A stretch of 64,000 nucleotides of DNA from Vitrella brassicaformis CCMP3155 (Eukaryota; Protista; Chromerida). The notes below the pieces were generated by a model. That model searched no databases. It was not told the DNA's origin and worked only from the letters and a program-made list of their open reading frames with translations. Of this stretch, positions 11,987 through 28,419 are shown in pieces (position 1 is the stretch's first letter; the number at the start of each line of letters is the position of its first letter). The position numbers were made by a program, and so were the translations under genes. The stretch lies in contig CDMY01000429.1 of assembly GCA_001179505.1 (NCBI GenBank), positions 13,889 through 77,888 of the forward strand, read 5' to 3'.

Positions 11987-12743
11987 CTCTTGTGCAGGTC
12001 TGCCCATCCATCCATCCATCCAGGAATTTTATCCTTGGTGTAGTCGACGCAGGCCGCCGGCAGCTCTGTGAGCGAGTCGGCGGCCATGCGTGCGTGTGGC
12101 CTTTTTCTCGGTTATCTGTTGTTAGTGTAATAATGTTGTGTCTGTCTGTTCGAATGTGTCTGTGTCTGTGTCGGTCGCCGGCCGCTTTGTGGCCAAGCTA
12201 CTTTTCCCGGAAGGCGTCACGAGGCTGCGTGGGTTTGTGTGTGTCTTTCTCTCTCACAATGACTGCGTTGTATGTATGTCAACTGACATGCGTGGGTGTG
12301 GTGTGTGGTGTGCGCGAGCAGGGGGCGTGGAGAGACATGCCATCCCCCGGTCGCATACGCCTCAGTCTCGTCAGTAGAGAGAAGTATTGAGACCACCGGC
12401 ATTCGTGCAGCGGGCTGGTGGCAATATCTGATTCTGATGTCGTTCATGGCGCACGCGACTTCGTAATCAACCGAAATTCCATCAGATCCCCCTCCCCAAG
12501 TTTCCGTGTGCGTGCGTGAGTGGGAGGGGCGCTGACCTCCACCGCGAAAGCGGTGGGGATGGGCATCAGCAGCGAGAGGAAGCGCCATTCCGCTCCACAT
12601 GCGGGCGTTTTTTGCTTTGTTTTTGGCACTCCGGAAAGCCCCATCTACCGAATTTATTTTGCTTCGTAGGCGTCTCGCAATCCCCCCTAGCCCATTTTTA
12701 CAATTTACCATCCGCAGGGAAGGTTTTGTTCCCTACGACTAAC

Positions 12744-15582
12744 ATGGGTTCACCAGGAGGTGAGGATGCGTTGATAGACTGGCCGTCCGTCCTACAACAA
12801 TACGCGGTAAGCGCACAACAATACATATGTGCCACCGATATGGCTCCCGGATTTGATGCATTCCACCCTTGCGCCAGGACGAGAATGGCTGGATAACTCT
12901 GGAGGGCCTCCAGCGTGCAGGCGTTGCCCACTCCCTGCCGCTGGACAAACTCAAACAGGCTCTCGGTGAGCAATACATACGCAGGACAGAAGGAAGAAGG
13001 CGAATCCACCCATCCATCCGCCCTTTGGTCGTTGCTGCCCACACAGGTCTGCCCCCCTGGTCCGTCAACTCCATGGCACAGGTGAGCCGACGCCGACACA
13101 CACAGGGAAGACGGAAGGACCGTCACGCATCTCTGTTGACGGATGGATGGATATGGATGCAGTGATGGTCACGATGTATCTCTTTTTCAGGCGGGTGCGG
13201 TTCATCTGCCGTCGCCCCGCGAGCGCCCCCCTTCGTCCCCCGACAGCTCCAACTCACCCCCTACCGCACGCACCACACTCAGAGCCGTATCGTCACCCTC
13301 ACGCAGATCGCCACCTCGCAGGGGCACACCCAATCGAGGACTCACCACTGGTATGTATGTCTGGTACAACAGCACATGCGCACCGACAGGCATGGCATGT
13401 GATGTTGTCATGCTCCCGCTTCTGGATGGCCATTGTTAATTGTCAGATTTCGATGATTTGGTTCGAGCGTTGAGCAGTGCGGCAGCGGCGCCTGCAGTTG
13501 TCGTGCCGTTTGGTGGTGCCCGTACCAGTGGTGGTGACGGTGGAGCATACGAGTCGGACGGCGTGCTGGGTGTGTCAACTTCGTCTCGCGAGTCGATGGG
13601 AATCGCAGAGGGGGACAGCAGCAGCGGTAGCGACCTCACACACACGAGTGCCAGCGCCAATGCAGCAGAATATGGTCGGTACCACAGTCGCCCGCCTGTT
13701 GGTGTGGGTGGATATGCTGTCACCTCACTGCAGCACGGTACTGTGCGTTGTGTTGTCTGTCTGTAGCAGGTATGGTGGCATCGAGTTCCGCGGAGACCAA
13801 CCTGCAGATCATGTTGGAGCATCTCGACACAATATGCCAACGGGAGGAGAACCGCGCCGTCAACTTCGGCAAGCAGCACGATAGATACAATGGACGAAAA
13901 GCCCCGCATGGCATGGATCCTCTCTCTGTGTATCTTGGTGTGCAGTGCAAACGGCGATTGGCGAGGTGCAGGACTACGTTTACAAGGGGGATGGTGAGCC
14001 GATGGTGCCCAACCGGGCCGGGCACGAGATCGAAGGTGGGTGGGCACGTGCTGACATACAACGGATGGATGACATGGGTGTGTGTGCATATATGTGACGT
14101 TGAAGGGATGGTGCGTTGCATGGTGTCGTCGATCAAGTCCGCCTGCAGTGTCATCCGGAACAAGGTCACCATGCAGCAACGCCTCCACGTAGGCGACGAC
14201 AGCAGCCTCTCCACAAACACGCTCCGCCTCCCACCCAACGTCCCTATGTGTCTTGTGTGTTCAGGATGAGTTGGCTGCCATGCGCCGTCGGGAAGAGACG
14301 AAAGACCGGGAAATCGCCTCACTCAAGGACGTAAGGCGACCGCAATCCCATCGCACCCGCGCCCGCACCCATGTACATATATTTGTGTGTGGGGGGTCCA
14401 GCGTGTGTCTCGGACGTCCAGAGAGTTGGAGGATTTGTATTCGGAGGAGTTCACAGGTCGCGAGGCGTGTGAGCGGCAGGCGGCCAGAATCAAGCATTCT
14501 GAACAGGAAATCGCACATGTAATTGCGTACCACATCTTTGCGAATGTTGTTCGCTTCGCATCTATTCGTGTGTGTTGATGTCTGTGTGCAGTTGAAGGGG
14601 GAGGTGCAGCGCAGTCTCGAGGCCGCCGCGGAGAGCGATGAGGCCATTGCACAGCTCCGACGGTCAGCAAACACACCCAGCCCGCCCAACACGCAGTCGC
14701 CTTTCTCATGATGTGGTACATGTGCCTTTGTGTGTCTGTGTCAGGACTCTGCGTGAGAAGGATGAGTCGATCGTGCAGCTCAAGGCGCAGCTACGTGTGT
14801 GCCAGCGGTCTCAAGACGACAATTGCAACGACTCCCAGCATGTATGCCCGTCCGCCCCACTCAGCGCCCGCATCCACCCACTTGGCCATGCGTCATCCCG
14901 TCCTCATCCCACCGTCCCGCCCCTTGCACTGCCCGTCACACCTGATCCAGCAGCCAACGACAGAGAGATCAGGGCCCCATCGTCCCCCTCCCCGCCCAGC
15001 AGCACCAACTCCATCCCGTGGCATGTGGGGGTGAGACCGTTGGCCGAGTTCATCCGCAAGATGAGACAGGTCCTCATGCATGAGGCATTCTACATCGTAC
15101 TCACTTACACGCTGGCCACCCGCACCACCCGCACCACCACCACCACCACCAGTCAGCAGCAACTGCAGCAGCCGGCCCATCGCAGCGTCACGCGGCGGCC
15201 TTCGGTTGGCCGTCCGCCACTGCCGCCCAGCCACAGGAATGGGGGGATCAAACAGGGTGGTGGCGGGGAGGGGCGTGTGCAGGGACATGGAGAGGGTCAG
15301 GCGGCGCTGCTGGCGGCCTGGCTGGACTTCACCCTCCTGCAGATGAGGGGCATGGTGAATGAGAGACAGGCGGAGTGGGAGAGGACAGAGAGGGAGAGGG
15401 CGGAGAGGGAGAGACACCTGCAACAGCAACAGCAGCAGCAACAGCAGCAGCAGCAGCAGCCCGTGAGCATCAGGATGGCGCCAATGGTCACTGCCGAGCA
15501 GCAGCCTGACGCCGACGAGACACCAAACTGCTCCTCTGAGACATTTAAACGCACACGTGAGTGGGCCAGTGAGCACAAGTGA
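12744..15582 (+). CDS. Multi-exon hypothetical coiled-coil protein with poly-Q/poly-T tracts and a degenerate EF-hand-like N-terminus
   Basis: Exons YADENGWITLEGL, DELAAMRRREETKDREIASLKD, LKGEVQRSLEAAAESDEAIAQLRR, TLREKDESIVQLKAQL; the long last exon ends EWASEHK*. Confidence 0.65.
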
Positions 15583-16207
15583 CTGACCGGTTTGTGTGCG
15601 TCGGTGGGTATGACTTGTGTGTGTGTGCAGGGGGCATTTTGCTGACCATCATCCAGTGGCTGCTGGCGGCAGTGATATTGTCTGCCGTCGCTGCGCTGGT
15701 GCTGTGAGCCACCCGACGACCCGCATTCCTTCAGACAACAGACAGACAGACAGACAGACGTGTGTTTGTGTGTGTGTGTGTGCGCGCGAATGACTGAGCG
15801 GACGCCATGATGGACCGACCGACTGCTTTCAACCGCCTCACATAATTCGTGTGTATGGCGGTGAAAATGGATTTCAGTGCGATGTGTGCAGCCGGCCGGC
15901 CATTGAACGGTGAGGAAGATCGAGGGCCCATACACTCACTCGTACACCCACACAGGTTTTCGCTTACCCACGCCTACATGAGTTCCTTAGACATCAATCG
16001 AAGGGCTCCGTTTGCGCACCGCAATCAGACAGACACACAGACAGACAGACAGAGGGCACACCGAATGAACCAAATTCTTCTCCAGAGGCACAGCTCACAT
16101 CACATGCACTCATCCATCCCTTCCTTCCTCCCTCGCATGTGCGAGACCGATAAGCCAATCACATCCATCCATCCATCCATCCATCCACAGGTGCATCCCA
16201 TTCCCCC

Positions 16208-18419
16208 TCACGAAGTTGCTTCCCTGAGGAGCCGCTTCTTCTCAACTCGGTACCTCACGGCCAGCCTCTCACGTTGACTCGCCCTCGGCTCACTGCGGGT
16301 CGATATCGCCCGGATGTTTTGACTCCCTGACGCACCGGCATCGAGCTCCGTCAGGTCTTGCTCGAGTGTGGTGGGCAGCTTGGACAGCTCCGTGGCCGCT
16401 GCAGCCCGCAGCACCACCGATGCTCTCCGCTCGTTGGACTCAGACACCTCCTCACCGAACCTCTGGATGAAAGAAAGCCATTGAAACAGACGCACACACA
16501 CAGGGAGAGAGAGAGGGTGGCTGCCTCCTTGTTTGTTTGCGTGCCTGAAGCGGCAGGTTTGTTTCTTGGTCTCCGTGTGCGACGAGGAAGCGAATGAGCT
16601 GCTGCGACCCGCTGTCGAAACACGCCCTCCCACCCACACGCCTCTCTATCACCAACTGCACACACAACAATCCATCCCACGATGGATATGGATGAATGGA
16701 TATTTGTCCCTCTCCTGCTGACCGTCCTGAGCATGTCGACGTATCCCTGCTGCTGCAGCTGCTGCAGCCGCTTCAGCAGCCTCTCCGCCAGCCGCTCGGA
16801 CCCGTCGTCCTTAGTGGCGAAGAACTCATCATCGCCATTGTTTGCGGCCATGGCTCTCAGTTGGCTGATGCACTGGGGGTCTCGGAGGGTTTTGATGATG
16901 TCGATGACGTAGGTGTCGTGCGGATTGCCCTCCTCAATGAAGCCGTATTGCTGCAGCAGCTGGTCGTTGCTCCGCGCACCGTAGCTACATGCACCCACAC
17001 ACACAAAAAGACCCGTAGAGTAGAGTGAGTGATTTTTGTGGCTGATTGATTCACTTCACTGTCACTGACTTGAGGCAGATCTGTTCGTTGGGAGACTTGC
17101 CTTCGGCGGCGGGCACTTCGAATTGACCCATCAGACCATTGAATTCGACAGTTGTCTGCGGGCAGCCGGACACGCGATATCACCCACTGCTGAGGACGGC
17201 CCTTTGCCTGTCTGTCTGTCTGTCTGTCTGCCAGCAGCGTGTCAGTCAGTATAGGCAGACGTCGGCTTGCCTCTGTGTGTGAGGAGTGGTTCAAGAGATC
17301 GATGCCTGGGATGAGGAAGCGACTCCCGCCCTGACGCTGGAACACTCGCCAAGCATTCCAAGCCTGCAAACACACACACAGACGGAGCGTGATTACGCCA
17401 AGGCACACACAGTATGGTGGGCCCCCCTGGCCTACAAAGATTGAGAAGAAGATTGCGGCGAGTGTGTTGAGGCCAACCGAGAGCCACTCAGGTGTATCCA
17501 ACACAGAAGACAGCAGCTTCTCGGCCACCGAGAAGCCGACCACCGATGGCAGAAAGCGAAAGTCGTAGAGGGCCTCTGAAGTGGCGATACTACGCGACCG
17601 CACCACGTCCAGAGCCCAGAAGAAGTCATCCTCTGAGATGTCGACAGTCTCTCTGCCCGCCGCTCTCGCCTCCAGCATGGCAGCCCTCAGCTTCCGATAC
17701 CCATCTCTCCACTTCTGCTGCTGTGCGCGGAGCCGCTGCTGAATGTAGGGGCACTGCAAAGCGGCGATCTCGCTCTCCTGCCAGAAGAAGGGCACGGTGG
17801 TCTGGCCGCTCTTGGGCAGCAGGCTGATCCAGCTGCTGAAGTCCGACGCCTCTCCCTGCCTCTTCTCATAGAGGAGCGTCAGAGCCATCCGCACGTCCCA
17901 CGGTGCCTCGCCACAGTAGCCGTCAGACAGGAAGGGGAACGGATTGGCGTCCGCCCTGGCGCCCTTGCTCGTCGACGAGAGAGCCTCCAGCGTCTGGTAC
18001 TTGGGCACGCCCAGCATGATCTCGCCGGCCTTGACCGTATCCGTCGCAATAAGGCCGCGCACCGCACCCTCGGCCATGGCAAACTCGCCCAGCGCCACTG
18101 CTGGGTGCCGAAACAAGCCCAGATCCGCGGAAAGCTGGTCGAGATCTGGGCTGCTGATTCGCCTTGCAGCAGGTGTGGCTTCGGAATGGGCTGGATGATG
18201 AGTCGCCAACGTCGCGGCCGGCTCCATCTTGGTGTCTGAGGCGGCCATCGGCATCTTGGTGCGTGCTTCATTGCGAGAAGACGATGTGAGTTGCGGCCTT
18301 GGCAGAGCGAGATCAGCATTCAGGAAGGGATGGTGGTCGTGGCCAATCGATAACGTGCCGCGGACGAGGGCGAGGGACGCCAGAAGGGCAAAGGATATGA
18401 GAGTCCTCGTCGTGATCAT
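16208..18419 (-). CDS. SET-domain protein-lysine methyltransferase, Rubisco-LSMT family, with signal peptide (likely plastid-targeted)
   Basis: RGLIATDTVKAGEIMLGVP, FSSWISLLP, FFWALDVVRSRS, LIPGIDLLNHS, SYGARSNDQLLQQYGF, LPTTLEQD, RLAVRYRVEKKRLL. Leader MITTRTLISFALLASLALVRG. Confidence 0.9.
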
Positions 18420-18612
18420 GAGTAGTTTTCGGCCAGGACGGGTTGGGCTGATGAAGATCCAGTCAGGAACAAGCACTGCGTCGCTTCCCTTGCTTTCTCT
18501 CCCCCGATCCCGTGTGCGAGCCCAGCTTGCAGGCTGACCTGCTGGAGGAAAGATCTTTCTCGGCTGCTGCCAGAGCAACATGGCGATGCGCATGCCGCAT
18601 CATCGACGTCGA

Positions 18613-19430
18613 ATGCACAGTTGGCAGTTTTCATGCTGCTGCGCAGCTCTGACCCATCTAGCGGCGCTCATCTCCGCAGCAGCAGCTGCTGCTCCGTCGC
18701 CACTGCGCCGTGCTATCACCGTCCCCTCTTTCATCCTGCCATCTCGGCCTTTGTCCGCCTCGTTCAGAAGACGACCATCGTCATTGCCACTGGCTGCGGG
18801 CAAGGGCCGTGCATCCGTCGGTGGCTACCACTGGGTTGAGGACAACGTCAAGATCGATGTGCACTTTCCCCTCGACGGCCACCCCGCCGTCCAGCCGGCC
18901 GATGTGTCGCTCAAGACGACCACCACGAGTATCAACCTCTCACTCAAGGGACGACCTTTGCTGAGGGGTCCGCTGCGTGGCCGCACCGACCCCGATGAGA
19001 CCTTGTGGGTGTTTGATGAGGGTGAGGGGGGAGAGAGGGAGCTGGTGGTGTCTTTGCCCAAGAATGAGGTGCGGGACGCCGAGAACCGCAATGACTGGTT
19101 CGGTGTGGTGCGGGGCGACAGTGCCGTGTCGATAGATTACATGTACTATGACGACGGTGGGCAATACGAGTACCGGCGTGTCAAGGGCGAGGACTTCGCA
19201 GCACAACTCGTGCAGCAGGTCAGTCAGTCAGTCAGTCAGTCAGGGAGAGAGGAGGGGCCACACACAGGTACAGGACAGTTGTGGATGGACTTTCTGAGTG
19301 TGTTGCGTATGTCTGTCTGTCTGTCCCTTTGTCTGTGTGTCAGGTGATGGAGCTGGATGACCGAGAACAGCCGAGTGTGCTCGATGACTTTGACTGCGAG
19401 CCGAGAAAGGCCCTGGGCCTCCCAGACTGA
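18613..19430 (+). CDS. CS-domain (p23/NudC-like) protein with a bipartite leader (signal peptide + basic Ser/Arg transit-like region)
   Basis: YHWVEDNVKIDVHFPL..VSLKTTTTSINLSLKGRPLLRGPLRGRTDPDETLWVFD..ELVVSLPK..W. Two exons, stop at 19430. Confidence 0.8.
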
Positions 19431-19572
19431 CTGGCGACGAGATGTGTGTGCACATGTTTTGCTGGCCTCTATAAGCCCTCAAATCCCCTTGGAAAAATTC
19501 GCAAATACGTTCATAACATGACCGCTGGACAGCTGCTCTCAGCTTGTTGCATGCAACATGGGGGGGGGGGGG

Positions 19573-19872
19573 NNNNNNNNNNNNNNNNNNNNNNNNNNNN
19601 NNNNNNNNNNNNNNNNNNNNNNNNNNNNNNNNNNNNNNNNNNNNNNNNNNNNNNNNNNNNNNNNNNNNNNNNNNNNNNNNNNNNNNNNNNNNNNNNNNNN
19701 NNNNNNNNNNNNNNNNNNNNNNNNNNNNNNNNNNNNNNNNNNNNNNNNNNNNNNNNNNNNNNNNNNNNNNNNNNNNNNNNNNNNNNNNNNNNNNNNNNNN
19801 NNNNNNNNNNNNNNNNNNNNNNNNNNNNNNNNNNNNNNNNNNNNNNNNNNNNNNNNNNNNNNNNNNNNNNNN
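19573..19872. other. Assembly gap (300 N) flanked on both sides by G homopolymers
   Basis: About 13 G before and about 14 G after the N run. Confidence 1.
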
Positions 19873-20107
19873 GGGGGGGGGGGGGGCTTCCTCCCCTTCA
19901 AGTTCCTTCAAGTTCGAATTCTTCCCCTTCCACTCTTGTTTGCGCTGAAACATCTTTCCAACGGGGCCGGACGGCCGCCATCCATCGACACAATCCCTGT
20001 GTACAATGCTGTGTTCTTGTCGATGCAGCAGAAGCTGCCCCGATTTTGACCGTAGGCGCAGCAGAATTCGGCAACTAGCTACAAGGTCTTTGTGATGCCA
20101 CTGCTGG

Positions 20108-20497
20108 ATGTCTGTCCCTGCTGATCGATCAGTTGTCTCGCTGCTCATCGCGCTGACCCTCCTCGCGGGGCTCTGCACATGTAGCGCCTCGCACATCAAT
20201 CACGGCAGGGCCAAAGCCATCATCCAGTTGGCAACGACCGTCGGTAGCGCGGGGCGCGCGCGCACACAGAAATTCACACCGAGACAGACAGAGAGACAGA
20301 CGATTATTGGTGCATCCGATCAATGTGATGCAGCTCGCGACGAAAAAATGACCGAGTGCACCAAAGACGATGACTGCAAAGAGATCCGGATTGATGGCAA
20401 ACAGACGAAGTGCTACGAGCAGCGCTGGAACTTTAAAACAAAGACAGCGGTGAAACCCCCAAAGGGTTTTTGCAAGGTGGGACAACGCAATGAGTGA
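20108..20497 (+). CDS. Intronless 129-aa putative secreted Cys-rich peptide precursor
   Basis: Hydrophobic leader VVSLLIALTLLAGLCTCSA; C-terminal region QCDAARDEKMTECTKDDDCKEIRIDGKQTKCY...GFCK. Confidence 0.6.
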   Translation: MSVPADRSVVSLLIALTLLAGLCTCSASHINHGRAKAIIQLATTVGSAGRARTQKFTPRQTERQTIIGASDQCDAARDEKMTECTKDDDCKEIRIDGKQTKCYEQRWNFKTKTAVKPPKGFCKVGQRNE

Positions 20498-21438
20498 GTG
20501 AGCGAGTGAGTCATGGACAAGCCATTCACTTGTTATATATGTATATGTATATGCATATGAATATGTGTGTGTCCATACAGACAGCAGGAGAACGCGGAGA
20601 CCGGTGGGCGGGCAAAGACACATAGCCTGAGTCGGACATCATGTGGATTGATTGTCTGTGCGCGCGTGTGTGTGTGTGCTAACTGCGATGCATGTCTGCA
20701 GCTGGTAAGCCACACGTAAGCATATGTACATCTTCATACATTCTGCACGTGTGCATCTGTACAGCTCGCCGTCCCATACATGTGGAACATACAGTGGACA
20801 CAAAAAGGTACCGAGGCGAGACATGGTAGGAACGTACTTGGCAAGGGAGTCTGCAACGAGGAATTACTCATGTCTGAACCAGCTGGGTGCCGGAGGATTT
20901 GTATGCCACAGGCAGAGTGACGTTCTGTGGGGATAGGCGTTGTGGACTGGTGTCCATAGGAACCTGACATGAGAACGAAGTGCCGTTGAATGAGTACGAA
21001 CGATCACTTTCAGTCAACACGCACGGTGCTGTTGCATATACAGCGAAACCTACCTCGAACTCTGAACCGCAAACGGAGGCCTTGGACTAATGTCTATGGG
21101 ACTCATGTGTGCGTTGCTGGACCGGACCGATGTGCGTGTCGATTGGCGGGGCTCAATTGCCTGGTAGGCGTGATGCGCTCGTGTGTGTATCGTCCAACGA
21201 AAACATACATGTATGGTCTCTCTGTGGGTGCCGTGCGTGTGTGTTTTCCTACGGCACGGCAGCCAGTCCAGGAGGGTGGTTCATACGGCTGCGGGAGTCA
21301 GTGAGGAACGAGGCACATCTCCAGTCGTGTCGGCCGACTAAACAGACGACTTATACGATTCATCTACACGGCACCGGTGCCTCCTCCCTCTCTCCCTCCA
21401 CACATAGACGTGTGTATGTACACATGTGGTCAGCCAGG

Positions 21439-21641
21439 TCAGCCCTCCAGCAGCGCCTCTAAGTCACGCGCGAACGCATCATCACCGGCCGCCTCGGGCA
21501 CCGCTACTTCTGATGCTGATGCCGCAGCTTTCTTGCGCCGCTTTGGGGAGCGGCCACTCCCCGCGTCGTATGGTGCGTCGGCCGGTGGCTGCTGGTCGGT
21601 GAGTTGCAGGGGAGCCGCGGATGAGGGAAGAGCTGACTCGG

Positions 21642-21674
<33 letters not shown>

Positions 21675-21969
21675 ACGCTGACGCACCTGAGGTAAAAACA
21701 GATGGGTGTATGTCGGTGATCTCCCTGTTTCTGTGTGTCATGTCAGCCAGAGTCCTTTGTGCCTTCTCACCTCCGTCTGCATCTCCACCTCCATTTCCAT
21801 GGCCATACTCGTCCACCTCACGTTGGCTCTGTCGCTTGAGGAGATCCCCCTCCTCGGCCATCAGTTGCTTGAGGGAGGCATCCACTTGCCTCTCCAGCTC
21901 CACCAGCAGGATCCTCTCACGCTTGAGCACACGCAGCTCCTGCTGACCACTCAAGTGGCTGCACAACAT
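21439..21969 (-). CDS. About 150-aa two-exon protein: N-terminal coiled coil (SNAPC5/SNAP19-like pattern), poly-Ala, NLS PKRRKK, acidic C-terminal helix
   Basis: MLCSHLSGQQELRVLKRERILLVELERQVDASLKQLMAEEGDLLKR, followed by a phase-1 GT-AG intron and an exon ending DAFARDLEALLEG*. Confidence 0.6.
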
Positions 21970-22077
21970 GACGCGCACCTCTGTATGCGAGCTAAGCTCG
22001 CAGACGCTCGGGGTCTCGAAGCGCTCAGAAGGGCTTTTCAAGCAGGAGAGTGGCGCCAGCATTGCATAGGGGCAGGC

Positions 22078-25842
<3,765 letters not shown>

Positions 25843-27322
25843 TCCATCAAGAGGGAGGGATGGAGGGAGGGAGGGGGGCGTGTGGTTGTGTTGTGTTGTG
25901 CAATGTAGGCCAGTCAAGTCTGTTGTGGTTTGTTTTTTGTTTCTGGGTGGCTTGTGGGTGGGTGTGACGTGTCGGCTGAGGTGGCGTGACTTTATTCAGC
26001 GAGGCAGGCAGGCAGGCAGGCAGGCAAGCCCCCGAGACGGGGAGAGGTATGATGGTACGTGCCTTGCTCGGTTTGGTGGGGTGCACTGGCAGTAGGGAAT
26101 TGGGTGGCTGGGTGTGTTTTATATTCTAAAGCACGCAGACACACACCCACACACGTGTGCCTTCATATGTGTCCTTCGTGTCTGTGGACGACGTGGCGTT
26201 GGCTGCATTGCAATGTGTCCGTTGGTTCTTGTTGCTTCTGAGGGCTTACGAGGGCTGGCTTGGCTGACGGGCTTGGTTCCACTCATCTCAGAGAGTGGGT
26301 GAGTGAGATATTTGGGCGTGGCGTCCGTCGTGAGTGTGTCCACAACAAGGGGGCTCGGGAAGTCGATGGATCGGTGCAGTTGCCTGTGTTGCGTGTGTGA
26401 TTGTGCCTCTGTGTGTGTGCCTCTGCGCGTGTCCTTTAAGAGAGAGTAGAAAGACCATTGACGGAGAGAGAGAGGAAGTATGTGTGCGTGTGTGTGTGCG
26501 TGCGTGTTGGTCTTTTTCGTACGAGTAAGAAAAGTAGGTAGGTAGGTAGGTAGGTGTTTTTGCCTCACACTGAGTCAGCCCAGCGTCACATGCTACCGGC
26601 GGCGTTTCGTCTGCTCTCCTCCCAGAGACCAGACCATACACACACTAACTGCAGAGGTGGATGCATCTGACGTGACACGCAGCAGTGAGTGAGTGAGTGA
26701 GTGAGGGGCGGGGGGACGTACACACATATACACATTGACGAGGGAGAGCCGCGTTACGTACGCACAGACCTGCAGACGATGACAGAGTGTCTGTCTGTCA
26801 GACTGACTGACTGACGTCAGTCACTGAGACTGACGCTCATCTACACACACACGTGTTTTCTCCACATATGACCCTCACATATATAATTATTCTGTGATGA
26901 ATGAACACACACACACACGCACTCGGCGTCCATGAGAGTGAGACCTTTCGTGTGGGGTTTTGATCGCGCGAGCGGTGGACGAGGGGGGGAAGAATATATT
27001 TGTCAATATTGAAGCGTTTCATCCCCACAAACCAGACCGCACAGCAGGCAGCACACCATATTGCCGACTACTTTTGACACATATAATCATAGCTTCGGGG
27101 GTCTGTTTGTGCGTGTGATTATGTGTGGGTATGCTGTCGGAACGCAATGAGAGCGCCTCACACACAAGAACGTCACACACAGACTATGTGCCACTCGCGC
27201 GACAAGAGTGGCAGCTGCTGGCCAGCCATCAGGCACCCCCGACATACAGACACACACGTAGACAGACACAAGGCCTTACACACACAAACACACATCAGAC
27301 CACGACCATTGTTACACAGTGT

Positions 27323-28354
27323 CTACCGCTTGTACTTCGCCATGATCTCTATGATCTCCGGCTCTTCCTCCGCCATATCCCACGGCGTCTTCCCCTGTCG
27401 TTGAGCACATCACTCGACCCATCGATGGTGTGAATGTCTGTGTGCACTCACCTCGTTGTCTTTGATGTCGACCAGAGCACCGCCGCCCCACTCGAGCCTT
27501 TGAGGATGACACAGAGGCAGAGAGAGAGTGGGTGAGACACTCGCGTCAGTCAGTCATCTGTGTCGCTCACAGCTGAGACACAGCTGCAGAGTTGCCATGG
27601 CGCGCAGCCCCCCATACAGCCCAATGGAGTGCCGTCCTGTTGTCCTGTGTGTGTCATGCAAACAGGCAAAGGCAATCAGACAGATGAGAGGCATTCTGTT
27701 TCTGTTTCGCGTGTGAGGTCTGACCTCGTCCTTCTGAGTGAGAAGCTCTTCCCCTCCTTTGGCATACAAAACCTCCATCACCTCGACATGACCAATGCCG
27801 GCAGCAAAGAAGAATGGCGTCTTGCCAAACTGCAATCAAGACACACGCACACACACAATCGACACAAAGGAGGTGTCAGAGACGTGTGTGTGCTCTGTTG
27901 CCTTGTCGGCTGCATCGATCAGTTCGGGATTCCACTCCAGCAGCTGATTGACAGCCGCAACATGACCATCGTAGGCAGCGAGGTGCAGGGCATTCTTTTT
28001 ATCCTGCATTGCATCACAGCCAACACACACATCGCTCCTCATCACCAGCAGCACAGATCATTCTGTGTCTGTGTCGGTACCGCGTACGTCTGCTGTTTGC
28101 TGCAGTACGTCAGGTTTGCTCTCATGGATGACTTTCATGACGCTCACGTGACCCTCCTGTGCAGCCACGAGGAAGGGCGTCATCTGCGCGCGGGAATGAG
28201 AACACACAGCCAGACCACTGAGCGCATTTCTGTCGTCTTTACGATTGCATACCTTGAAGGTGTTTCGTTTGTCGAGTATGTCCTTGCCGTCTCGGGCGAT
28301 GAGCGAACGAACGTCTTGCGTATCGCCGGCCTTGGCGGCATCGAAAATGTCATT
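27323..28354 (-). CDS. Ankyrin cassette of kinase-ankyrin gene K1 (7 exons; may be out of frame with its kinase)
   Basis: NDIFDAAKAGD.., MTPFLVAAQEGHV.., DKKNALHLAAYDGHV.., FGKTPFFFAAGIGHV.., DNRTALHWA.., GKTPWDMAEEE..YKR*. Exons and introns are near-identical to 4099-5172. Confidence 0.85.
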
Positions 28355-28419
28355 CTGACACAAGCAGCACAAGAACAGCGGCCAATTGACGTGTGGGGTT
28401 CAGCTGCCGTCGCCCTTAC

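Noticed and set aside
12870-12960. DENGWITL resembling a La motif or an EF-hand
   Set aside because: Too short and degenerate to assign; left as a hypothetical protein.
12444-16200. ORFs rich in CVCVC, THTHT, RQTDRQ and MDGWM repeats here and across the window
   Set aside because: Translations of intronic microsatellites, not proteins.
19560-19886. G-runs as a G-quadruplex element
   Set aside because: The intervening sequence is unknown; most likely a sequencing drop-out at a homopolymer.
26119-27028. Possible small minus-strand gene (QLHRSIDFPSPLVV.., MKRFNIDKYILPP..)
   Set aside because: I could not build a phase-consistent model or recognise a motif.
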